From positions 2,409 to 66,408 of the IMG/VR virus record IMGVR_UViG_3300030104_004476: a DNA stretch of 64,000 nucleotides. The stretch is one strand, 5' to 3'. Within the stretch, counting starts at the first letter, position 1. Each line of letters begins with the position of its first letter. The notes under the pieces were generated by a model. The model made no database searches. It was given only the letters and a program-made list of their open reading frames with translations, and had not been told where the DNA came from. Below, in pieces: positions 18,040-27,594 of this stretch. Source of the DNA: a virus. Both the position numbers and the translations under genes were made by a program.

Positions 18040-18064
18040 ATTACACATTTAATCGAGTGTTTAC
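18040..18064 (-). promoter_or_regulatory. Class-2 promoter-like motif heading the T9SS/OM operon
   Basis: GTAAA-cactcgattaaatg-TGTAAT on minus strand. Confidence 0.6.
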
Positions 18065-21000
18065 TAGTCATGATAGTGGCATCTTTTCTTTGGTTTTTTA
18101 ACCATTACTTTACATCTAAAACCATCAGACTTTATCTTAGTACAACGTTGTTGTGATTTTTTCTTTTCTTCTTTTTTCTTTTCTTTTATTAACTTTTTAG
18201 CTTCGTCAACTTCTTTTCTAGTGTCAATACCTAAGCTCCACTGATCCCAACCAAGTCCAACAGCTACTCTTTGCCAAGTTTCGTTATCTTGATTAAGCGC
18301 TTCTTTCATGTTGTCGATCTTCCTAAAACCTCTGTCAAGTGGTAAGTTAGTAGTAGCAGACACAACATTTCCAACAGCATCCCATACCGGATTTTCTAAG
18401 TCAAAAGTACTCATCTCACCCATAACTTCTCTGTTGTACTTATATGTCTTAGTAGCACTGTAAAGTTTACGAGACTTAGAACCTATTGGTGGTGAAACAT
18501 TTAAAGCGTCTACTAATACATTACCATAATCAGCTCTACTTTTCTTTTCGCTTTCTTGTATAAATCTATTTATAACATTTTTAAGTGTAGATACTACTGC
18601 TCCAGCCAAACCAGAACCACGTAGTAGTGAATCAATCATACCATTTAAAGTACGTTGTACTTTTTTATCTATTTCATCTTGCTCTGGTTTCTCATCATCA
18701 AATGCTAAAGCAAATATAGCAGACTGCAAACTTGAGAATATTATGTTTTGTATAGCTCCATAATATATTATTCTTGAAACATTACTTCTCCAGTCACCTC
18801 TACCAGCTGTTAAATCTCCAGCTGCTTTTTTAATCAAACGAGCGTACTGCATAGGTGTATTAGCAAACGCTAGTATTATACGACCAAGTGACGATGCTTG
18901 TTGTTGTGATATACGATCAGGTCTAGCAGACTGCTGAGTTTCTTCAGCGATTTCCATAAAGTCTTCCATCGCTTGAGCTTCAGCTTCAGTTTGATCTAAA
19001 CCTTGTTTAACGTATTTTTTAACTCTGTTTCTATAGTACGTAGAACCACCTGATGCAATAGCAAAGCTATCTGCAATTTGCGTAGGTAAGAAACCTACTT
19101 TAAGTAAGTATTGTAAAGCAGCTTTCGCTTTGTTAGTAGCTCCAGCTACAGCACTAGCTATTTCAGCTTCGTTTATATTTGTTTGAAGTCCAGCACGTCT
19201 TTGTTTTAAAAAGTCTGAGTTAAATAAAAACGTAAAGTCTTTCCAATATTGTTTTTGATTAGCAAAAGCTTTAGCAGCTGCAAATATATTATTATCTTCA
19301 AAGTTAATAAAGTTAACTGTAGATAAAGTCTGTAGTACAGCAGATCTAGCATTAAAGAACATGATAGCACCAACAGAGTTGTTAACCCAGTTGTTCCAAG
19401 CACCTTCAATACGACCCATACCTTTAGCTCTGTTAGTACCGTTTTCCATACGCCAAAGCATATTTTCTAACGCCTCTCTAAAGTTTGATCCATACGTAGC
19501 TTCTATTTTGTTTAAGTTTTCAGGTGAAAATATTATTTCAACATTTTCTTTCCACTCAGCTAGGTATTTTTTACGACCCTGCTTATTAACTACGTTTTGA
19601 AGATCAGAAGCTATACTCTCTACACTCCAGTATTCACCAGGTTCTATATATCCTTCTTTTTGCTTAGATATTTTCCCTATAGTATCAGCATAAGTTCTAA
19701 GATCTTGATCTGCTTTAACCGTGTTTGATAAAAAAGTAATATCACGCTTAGACAAACCTGGTATATCAAAACCTGCTTTATCCCAAAGATAAACTCTAAC
19801 AGCATTATCAAACGTAAAACCACTATCATCAATCATCTTACCTAGCTTCTTAGCTACTTTTGGTAACTCTTTACGTAAAGCTTTATGATCGTCAAGTATT
19901 GACTGACGAGCCTCTTTCATATCTCTATCAGCTCTAGCAAAAGGTTTAATTAAGGCTTTATTAAAAAACTCTAAGTCTTTATTACCTTGCTCACCTTTAC
20001 CAACAAAGTATCTTAATAAACCTGAAAAGTCATCAGCAGACGGCGGTACAAAGAACGTAAATCTACCTATGTTTTTACCACGCTTTTGAGCACCTATTCT
20101 TGAGAATATTTTTTCAGCACCAACACCTTTAGTACGTTGAAGCATTTTATTAAAATCAGAGTTTAAATCTTTACTGAATTTAATTTTAGCTTGAACAGAT
20201 TTACCTTTAATGTCTAGTTGATCAAACACGTGTTTAACAGCTTCAACATTAGGTAGGGCATCGTCTACAAAGTACATATCATTATAGCCTTCAGCATACT
20301 TATCTAGCATCCAAGCAGCTTTAGCATCACCAGAGCTATTACCCAAACCTGTTATATTTTCAAAAGGTATATCTATATCTTTAGTTTTTAACCACTCGTG
20401 TATTGCTGGAGCAGCTTCAGCAGGTCTAGCTGTTAGTATAAATACATTTTTATTACCATACTTCTTAATTTGATTTTTTATCTTTTGAAGTAATGGTCCA
20501 TCAACGCCACCTCTAACGTTTACAAAGTCTGTAAAATCAAACTCGTAACCATCAGCAGCAAACTTAGGACCTTGTAAAGGCCAATCACCAGACGATATTC
20601 TTTGCACATTATCACCTTTTTTAGCTATAATAAAGTTTTCACCATCTATAATCAACGTTTCATCAAAGTCAAACGTAGACATACCTCTAGCCGCTTTACT
20701 GTACATATTAACAGATCTAGCGTTAGATATAACCTCGCTAAGCTTTGAGTTTGTAGAACTTAATTCTTTTGAAAATTTTATATCAGCTATGCTTTCTATT
20801 AATGTTTCATTAGCTTTAGCTATATCTTTTATATTATTTACATTAAAAACTTCAGCTCCTGTTTTATTTAGTGTTGGAAAAAATATTGTATTTAAATCTA
20901 TAGGTTTTCCAGTATTTATTGGCGCATATTTAGTGCCTACAGCTGCTAATCTAACTATAGCAATTAAACCCATAGGTATATTGTCTAATTCACCTTTTAA

Positions 21001-24000
21001 TATTCTAGGTACTATTGAATCATAAAAAACGTTAGGCATAACATTTTTCATACCTGAAGCGTTTATATTATCATCGGCTTCAAGCGTAATAGAAAGCTGC
21101 ATGTAAGAAGCTTTTAAAATTTTTGCAAAATCATCAACTTTACCCTCTACAGCTGCATCTAAACCTTTTTTAACAACGTTGTTCTGTGGTTTTGTATGCT
21201 CTTCTCTAGACTCAACATTATATAAAGGATTTTTTTTGTTACCATCTTTTATAGTATAACCCATATATGGTGCTAATATTCTAGCAAACGTGCCCATATT
21301 ATTGCTAGTGTCTAAAGTAAACTCTGCAAAAAACCATTTATCATTTTTATTTTCTTTTAAGTAAACTTCTAAATCTTTAAAAAAGTCTATAATTATATCA
21401 AGTCTTTTTTCTTGTTGTTTTACAAAATCTTTATTGTTAAATATATCAACACCGTTAATTTTGTCTAACAACTGTCCTGTTTTGTGGTATTTAACCCTAG
21501 ATTTTGTTAAGTTATCTTTTAAATAGCCATTTTTACCTTCTTTTACTAACTCTGCAAACTGCGCGTCTGTTTGAAAAAACCCTGCTCTTACGACACCACC
21601 AGCCATTGTTACTTTTATTATATCTCTATGTTTAGGATATTTAGCTAAAAATTTATTAGCTATTTCAGATCCTGCTTCTAAAAAAGTTTTACCATTTTTG
21701 TAGATAGCGTCTAAATCTCTTTCACCAAGATATACTTTATCTTTTTCAGCTTTTTGAACGTTTATTTTTGGTATGTTAGTACCATGTTTTTTTATAGGAT
21801 TATATGTAAAACTACTAGCGTTTTCCGTTAAATCTTTGCTAAACATAACTTCAGACATACCACTACGTATTCTAGCTAGTGATGGATCTGTTTTACGAAG
21901 TTCTTGATTAGTAATTGTTTTACCAAGTAAGTCTGCGAGCGCTATAATTCTAGCCGATGTGTTTCTATTGCGCGTAGGTTTACCGTCAATAATATCTACT
22001 AATGCCAAAAACTCAGCGTCTTTAATATTAGTACGCTTAACTTGGCCTTTTAAACCAGCGGCTGTTTTAGCTCTAGTTTCTTTTTGTGTATATAAAGCTT
22101 GTAGTACAGTTCTAGGTACACCAGTAGCTTGACCTTCAACATCAAAACCTTGTGGTAAAGCATCAATAACTAACTGAGCATTTTTGTTAAACCAGCGCTG
22201 TGCATTAGCAACTTCAGCTGTTGTTAAATTAGCTTTACTTTTAATCTTAGCTGGTGATATACCTAACAACTCTCCTACGGCGTTTGTAGCGGCATTAGGG
22301 ACACTTTTAAAGCTCGTTAATGTATTAGGATCTATATTAGCATCAGACACCTCAGACGCAACCTTATCAGCTATATTTAACTCACTAGCTAATACTTTAG
22401 CTTTAGTTTTTCTTTCAGGCTGTTGCTCAACTGTTTGTTCAGCTGCAACACCTCTAGCTTCTGTTACGTCTTCTTCAAACTCTGTCTTGAGTATTCTGTT
22501 ACCGGCTTCAATAGAACGTGCTGGTAAGAATTTATTTATATAAGCAGCTAAAGGTACACCAGACTCAGGCTTGTACTCTCTAATAAGATCAAATATACCT
22601 CTTTTACCAGTTTCTATTTCATCAATAACTAGCTGTTCATCATAACCAGGTACATCTCTAAATCTTCTAGCTATACGAGTGGTAATAGGTTTAAACGCTT
22701 CTAATATATCAAATAGACCAGCTTCACCTTGTTGTTCATATACTTGTTGTACTCTATCAGAAGCTTCTTTAGAGAACTGAACTCTAGTGTCTAGTGGACC
22801 AGGTTGTTTACTTCTTATCTCTTGAATTATTTGGTTTTTCTTTATATCGCTTATGTCAGCTAAAGTTAGTTGATCATTTTTAACTTTGTTAGCTATACCT
22901 ACTAAAAACTTAATAGCGTCTTTTTCACTAGCTAAGTCAATATCAATATCAGTAGCTTCTTCAGTACCCTTATGTATTAAGTGCGCTAATACACCTCCAA
23001 ATTGAGTATTTTTCTTAGCGTTTAAGTTTATATTACCAGCCCCAACCTCTTCAAAGAAAACAGCAACAACCTCAGATTCTTTTAGCGATCCATCTGCATT
23101 TCTCTCAGCAAGTTTTATCACTCTATTGTAAGCGTCTCTGTTGTTTTCTTTTGTCCAAGCTAATACAGCATCTGACAACGGCTTGTAAAGCTCAGGTTTA
23201 AGCCCTATAGCATCAGCAAAAACAACATGTTGAAGTTCGTGTGTCTTGGTTTCTAACCTATCAGCTTCAGCCATATTCTGAACGTTAATTACAGAAACAG
23301 GTTTTCCATCAGGCCCAGGCGCCATAAAGCCATGAGCTCCATTTTCAATTTCTTCTAAAGCTTCTGCAAGCGCCTCTCCTTCTAAATTTTTATTTACAAA
23401 GTCTATACTTTGCTGTTTCGTGTTGTGAACAACTAAAGTATTTCTAACGCCTCCTTTTTCAACTTTATTTTTCTTTTTAATATCCTTGTTTATCTGTTCG
23501 GTATTAAAAAGTACTCTAGTTTTATTTTCAATTTGCTCTACGCTAGGGTCAGATATACCATCTACCTCTAACAAATCTTTTAAAGCTTGATCTTCTAATC
23601 TTTTTACTTCAGCTTTATTTTCGTTTCTAAATTTATAAATTTGCCAAGGACTATTCCAAGTTTTTTCTTTTTTAAACTCGTTTAAACCGTTTTCTATAGC
23701 GTCAAACTCAGTTTTTAACTCTAGTAATTTCTTATCTTTAAGAGCGTCAGGCATAACTTGATCTTCTAGTATCTTGTTAGCCTCTATTCTTATATCCTCT
23801 TGTCTAACTATAGCGCTGGTAAATTCTCTTTTAGCTCTAGCAGATACTGTTTGAGCTTTACCTTCTAAAGTTTCCACTTCTAGATTTATAAGCTCTTGCA
23901 ACTCTTCTATTCTACCTTCGTTTTCTTGTACTATCTCTTTTCTTCTAGTATCGTTTAGTGGAGAGTATAATCCGTTTTGAAGTTTTTTATTAAACGAAGC

Positions 24001-26235
24001 TAAGTCGGTTTGCTCTTCTCTTAAGTTTCTTAACGTTTCCTTTTGCTTAGCATCTGAAAACTGAGATAGATAAATACCTTTCGCGACTGGAACAGATCCC
24101 ATTGTGGTACCAAACATATAGCCAGTAAATCGAGAGTGATTCATGTCCTGACTCCAAGGTCTACCGTTTAAAAGGTTTTGAAAGCCTGTTGTTAAAGCCT
24201 CACCTTCTCCTTCAGCAATTACACCTAAAACACCCTTGGTGGTGATCATGTTGTTTTTAACATAACTATCAACACCTTTACCAAACAAGTCGTTTTTGGC
24301 AACGTTATTGGCTAGCGCTCTTTTTGCGTTTCTCAGCAACATATAAGTAGGAGCAGCACCAAAGACAACCTCAGCGCCTGCTGCGCCTAGTGATGTAAAG
24401 TATTTTTTAGCTTTACTAGTCTGAATTGCTCCTGGCAGCTTTTCTTCTTGAACCATATCTTGGTATTGACTACCAAAACTTGAAGTACCAATAATTCCCC
24501 AGCCAGCAGGTGTTGATAATGCTGCAAATATAGAAATTTGATTAGCAAGTTCTTGTGTCGCAAATGATCCAAAGTTTTCTAAAGATGAAAAAGCATCATC
24601 AAAAGATACGTCTTTTCTGTAAGACTCTCTTATGTTTTGTATTTTGTCTTTAAAATCTTGTGTACCCTGTTCGTCAACACTAGGGTCTCCAAATAGTTTA
24701 GAAGTACCATAACCAGCATCCACAGCTAATTCTACAAATCCTAAACCAGCATCAACAAAAAATTCTTCTACACCGTTATAATTTCTTTTTACTAAATCTA
24801 ATTGATCTGGTAGAGCTTCTATAAACCCTTTATCCACATTGGAGATAACATCGTTGCTAACAGCCATGTAGTTGTTGTACATCTCATTGTACTCTTTGTA
24901 ATCTTTTTGATATTGATTATAAACGCTTTCAGGTATCATCCTACCGTTTTCAAGAGTTACAAGCTCTTCGCCCGGCTGCATTTCAGTACCAGTGTAGTCG
25001 TAATCTTCACTCTCAAATCTTTGTAAAGCTATATCTAATTTTTTTCTTAATGCACCTGTTTCTAATTTGTTAGCTAAAGATTCTGCATATACAGTTTTTG
25101 AAGCATACTCTCTTTGGTATTCGCTAAGACCTAGTTCTATGTTATTTTTTAATTGTTTTTTTAAATCAGAGGATATAAACTCAAAGTCATCAAGCTCTTC
25201 TAGCTTTTGGTCAGTATTTTTAATCCAAGTTTCTTTTTTAGCTTCAGCAACTAGTACTTCTTTAGCTTTTATTTCAATCTCCTCTTTTGAAGGGTTCGCT
25301 TGTACTCCTCCTAAGGCGTCAAAAGCTTGCTTTAGTTCTTTTTCGTAAGGTTGTGTAGTTTTAATTATCTCTCTAGTTGGAGTTGAAAACTTAACATCCA
25401 TACCTCCTCCTTGAAAAACTTTTCTTGTCTCTGTTTTAGGAGCAAATATATCTATATCGTTACCAAATTCATCTTTAGGAAAAAACTTATCGTTAATTTC
25501 TTTTAGTTGCGTAGAATCTGGAGCGTTATCAGCAAGGAACTTTTTACTACTTATACTTCTTTCTGCTCTACTTTTAGAATATAAAGCATCTGTTTCAGTT
25601 GTAGTGTTTTTATCAATAAAAGATATTAAGCTATTATAAGCGTTTTCTTTTCTTGAATTTATATTATCGTGCTTAGCTACTAAACTTTTTTCTGTAGAGT
25701 TTAAAGATGCCAAACCAGCGCTCTCTCTTTTTTCAAGAGCCATTTTTGTTCTTGTGTCAGGAGCTGTATACTCAGCACCTATATTAAACTCAATATCTAT
25801 TTCTTTTTCATTAGGAGCTAGAATCTTAACAGCATTAAAAGATTTTATATCATCTTTAAATATATTAGTTGTTTCAAACTTGAAACCTGGATACTTAATA
25901 CTTAAATCGTCAATAGCATCGCTATCACTTTTGTCAAAAAAGCTATAATCTTTTTGTTGAGTTATTTTTCCAGTTAAAGGATCTGTAACGTTATAAGTAA
26001 GCCAATTATGCTTATCTTTTACGTCATCGAACGGTACATCCAAAGAAGTATCTTCCAAGTTGGATGCCGAAACGTCGAGTGCTGTAGCCTCTGACGCCAC
26101 AGCCACACCCGGCTCCGCAACGTCGTTTGTCTTTCCCTCGTTGTTAGCATTATATTGCTCAATAACTAACTTTATGTTTCCTTCTGGCTCGCCAGCGTCT
26201 AACATACGCTGAACAATAGCTTGTAATTCTTCCAT
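18064..26235 (-). CDS. Giant polyvalent virion/ejection protein: zincin HExxH peptidase, sigma-70-like module, unknown module, HAD phosphatase, C-terminal CCCH knuckle
   Basis: HELQH (aa 999); sigma region 2-like segment after aa 1154; FDFDETL/ILTAR/FVDD HAD motifs; C-terminal CTK..GFRC...CHYH; follows two pilot-like genes. Confidence 0.8.
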   Translation of the reverse strand: MEELQAIVQRMLDAGEPEGNIKLVIEQYNANNEGKTNDVAEPGVAVASEATALDVSASNLEDTSLDVPFDDVKDKHNWLTYNVTDPLTGKITQQKDYSFFDKSDSDAIDDLSIKYPGFKFETTNIFKDDIKSFNAVKILAPNEKEIDIEFNIGAEYTAPDTRTKMALEKRESAGLASLNSTEKSLVAKHDNINSRKENAYNSLISFIDKNTTTETDALYSKSRAERSISSKKFLADNAPDSTQLKEINDKFFPKDEFGNDIDIFAPKTETRKVFQGGGMDVKFSTPTREIIKTTQPYEKELKQAFDALGGVQANPSKEEIEIKAKEVLVAEAKKETWIKNTDQKLEELDDFEFISSDLKKQLKNNIELGLSEYQREYASKTVYAESLANKLETGALRKKLDIALQRFESEDYDYTGTEMQPGEELVTLENGRMIPESVYNQYQKDYKEYNEMYNNYMAVSNDVISNVDKGFIEALPDQLDLVKRNYNGVEEFFVDAGLGFVELAVDAGYGTSKLFGDPSVDEQGTQDFKDKIQNIRESYRKDVSFDDAFSSLENFGSFATQELANQISIFAALSTPAGWGIIGTSSFGSQYQDMVQEEKLPGAIQTSKAKKYFTSLGAAGAEVVFGAAPTYMLLRNAKRALANNVAKNDLFGKGVDSYVKNNMITTKGVLGVIAEGEGEALTTGFQNLLNGRPWSQDMNHSRFTGYMFGTTMGSVPVAKGIYLSQFSDAKQKETLRNLREEQTDLASFNKKLQNGLYSPLNDTRRKEIVQENEGRIEELQELINLEVETLEGKAQTVSARAKREFTSAIVRQEDIRIEANKILEDQVMPDALKDKKLLELKTEFDAIENGLNEFKKEKTWNSPWQIYKFRNENKAEVKRLEDQALKDLLEVDGISDPSVEQIENKTRVLFNTEQINKDIKKKNKVEKGGVRNTLVVHNTKQQSIDFVNKNLEGEALAEALEEIENGAHGFMAPGPDGKPVSVINVQNMAEADRLETKTHELQHVVFADAIGLKPELYKPLSDAVLAWTKENNRDAYNRVIKLAERNADGSLKESEVVAVFFEEVGAGNINLNAKKNTQFGGVLAHLIHKGTEEATDIDIDLASEKDAIKFLVGIANKVKNDQLTLADISDIKKNQIIQEIRSKQPGPLDTRVQFSKEASDRVQQVYEQQGEAGLFDILEAFKPITTRIARRFRDVPGYDEQLVIDEIETGKRGIFDLIREYKPESGVPLAAYINKFLPARSIEAGNRILKTEFEEDVTEARGVAAEQTVEQQPERKTKAKVLASELNIADKVASEVSDANIDPNTLTSFKSVPNAATNAVGELLGISPAKIKSKANLTTAEVANAQRWFNKNAQLVIDALPQGFDVEGQATGVPRTVLQALYTQKETRAKTAAGLKGQVKRTNIKDAEFLALVDIIDGKPTRNRNTSARIIALADLLGKTITNQELRKTDPSLARIRSGMSEVMFSKDLTENASSFTYNPIKKHGTNIPKINVQKAEKDKVYLGERDLDAIYKNGKTFLEAGSEIANKFLAKYPKHRDIIKVTMAGGVVRAGFFQTDAQFAELVKEGKNGYLKDNLTKSRVKYHKTGQLLDKINGVDIFNNKDFVKQQEKRLDIIIDFFKDLEVYLKENKNDKWFFAEFTLDTSNNMGTFARILAPYMGYTIKDGNKKNPLYNVESREEHTKPQNNVVKKGLDAAVEGKVDDFAKILKASYMQLSITLEADDNINASGMKNVMPNVFYDSIVPRILKGELDNIPMGLIAIVRLAAVGTKYAPINTGKPIDLNTIFFPTLNKTGAEVFNVNNIKDIAKANETLIESIADIKFSKELSSTNSKLSEVISNARSVNMYSKAARGMSTFDFDETLIIDGENFIIAKKGDNVQRISSGDWPLQGPKFAADGYEFDFTDFVNVRGGVDGPLLQKIKNQIKKYGNKNVFILTARPAEAAPAIHEWLKTKDIDIPFENITGLGNSSGDAKAAWMLDKYAEGYNDMYFVDDALPNVEAVKHVFDQLDIKGKSVQAKIKFSKDLNSDFNKMLQRTKGVGAEKIFSRIGAQKRGKNIGRFTFFVPPSADDFSGLLRYFVGKGEQGNKDLEFFNKALIKPFARADRDMKEARQSILDDHKALRKELPKVAKKLGKMIDDSGFTFDNAVRVYLWDKAGFDIPGLSKRDITFLSNTVKADQDLRTYADTIGKISKQKEGYIEPGEYWSVESIASDLQNVVNKQGRKKYLAEWKENVEIIFSPENLNKIEATYGSNFREALENMLWRMENGTNRAKGMGRIEGAWNNWVNNSVGAIMFFNARSAVLQTLSTVNFINFEDNNIFAAAKAFANQKQYWKDFTFLFNSDFLKQRRAGLQTNINEAEIASAVAGATNKAKAALQYLLKVGFLPTQIADSFAIASGGSTYYRNRVKKYVKQGLDQTEAEAQAMEDFMEIAEETQQSARPDRISQQQASSLGRIILAFANTPMQYARLIKKAAGDLTAGRGDWRSNVSRIIYYGAIQNIIFSSLQSAIFALAFDDEKPEQDEIDKKVQRTLNGMIDSLLRGSGLAGAVVSTLKNVINRFIQESEKKSRADYGNVLVDALNVSPPIGSKSRKLYSATKTYKYNREVMGEMSTFDLENPVWDAVGNVVSATTNLPLDRGFRKIDNMKEALNQDNETWQRVAVGLGWDQWSLGIDTRKEVDEAKKLIKEKKKEEKKKSQQRCTKIKSDGFRCKVMVKKPKKRCHYHD

Positions 26236-26244
26236 ATTTGATTA

Positions 26245-27576
26245 TTATTGTAGGTATTTGTTGATTAACGCTTGTGCTTCGGCATTTTGTGTTCTTGTTG
26301 GGAAACTTATACCAGCGCCACCATAGTTCACTGTAGTAAATCCGGCTGGCCTATCAGAATCTGTATCTATATCTTTTAAATCATAATCTTTTGGAAGACC
26401 AGTAAATATTTTAAACTCTTCTTCAGTCATTTCTTTAGCAGCGTCACCTGGTGTACCAAATTTATCAGTGATAAAATACTTGTTATCTTTTTTAGTTACA
26501 TATCTATATTTGTCACCATCTTTATCTGAAACTATAGAAAGAAGTGTTGGTTGACCCGTAGTTACTTTTGCTGCAAAATCTGCAAAATCTGGTTTGAAAC
26601 TTCTTGGTCGCCCCGTACCGTCCGCTGCTTTCTTAGGTAGATTTTCGTCAAAACGCTCTTTACCTTCGTCCATCATTAATCTTTTCCACTCTTCTTTTAA
26701 AGCTGTAGGATCTTTTCTGTACTCTTCTTTTAACTCTTCTAAACGTAGTTTTCTATCTCCTTCGTTTTCAAAAGTTTCACCTTTGCTAGCTAAGTAAGCA
26801 TCAGCAAAATTAAAGTCTGCTATATCATCAAATAACAAAGACATAAAGTCTGGATGATTACTAAGTTTATTAACAGCTGTTTGAAGCTCTTGTTTTAACT
26901 TACCATCCCAATTATCACCTATTTTAGCTCTATTAGCAATATGTGTTAAAACACCACTTGACTGCTCAACACCTTGCTCCCATACTTGTAAAGGAGCTTT
27001 ATAATCACTTAAACGAACTAAATCACCAGTAATAGCGTCTCTTGTATATATACCAGGATCTTTACCTTCAGGATTATATTCAAAGTTTTGAGCAACCTTA
27101 GCATCATTTAGTATAACATCGTTAACACCTTCTGCAACAGAATTAGCTTTAGAAAAAGTTTTACCGCTTGAGTTTAAAATAACATCGTAGTAAGCAGCGT
27201 CAGATGCCCAAGCGTCTAAATCTGACATAGCCTCGTTCATTAGTTCAGCAGCTTCTTGTTTAGCTTTTTTACCTTTAAATATTCCATAAGAACCTTGGTT
27301 GCCTTTAGCAAATTCTTCTTTACCTTTATCTAATACTGCTTGAAGCTTTCTTCTAGCTTCAGGATCTTTTGTCATTTTTAAAATTGCTGAAGCTTTAGCT
27401 TCAAAGTTTTCTTCGTTAGCTTTCTTTTTTTCTTTTATTTTTTTGCCAACTTTTACTAACCCTACGCCTATGTTTGCACCAGCTTGAACTATAGCGTTTG
27501 CAACTTCGCTTTTATCTACAGTCGCGTACTGAGACTGATACATTCTTCTTGCTGATCCTATTAAATCTACTGCCAT
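26245..27576 (-). CDS. Probable ejection (internal virion) protein
   Basis: Helical, Ala/Lys-rich; lies between pilot-like gene and giant protein. Confidence 0.6.
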   Translation of the reverse strand: MAVDLIGSARRMYQSQYATVDKSEVANAIVQAGANIGVGLVKVGKKIKEKKKANEENFEAKASAILKMTKDPEARRKLQAVLDKGKEEFAKGNQGSYGIFKGKKAKQEAAELMNEAMSDLDAWASDAAYYDVILNSSGKTFSKANSVAEGVNDVILNDAKVAQNFEYNPEGKDPGIYTRDAITGDLVRLSDYKAPLQVWEQGVEQSSGVLTHIANRAKIGDNWDGKLKQELQTAVNKLSNHPDFMSLLFDDIADFNFADAYLASKGETFENEGDRKLRLEELKEEYRKDPTALKEEWKRLMMDEGKERFDENLPKKAADGTGRPRSFKPDFADFAAKVTTGQPTLLSIVSDKDGDKYRYVTKKDNKYFITDKFGTPGDAAKEMTEEEFKIFTGLPKDYDLKDIDTDSDRPAGFTTVNYGGAGISFPTRTQNAEAQALINKYLQ

Positions 27577-27594
27577 GTTGTTTGTTTTAAAATT

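Noticed and set aside
18064-26235. Virion RNA polymerase as in crAss-like or N4 phages
   Set aside because: No DxDxD/DFDID catalytic context; the DFDET motif belongs to a HAD domain with matching downstream motifs
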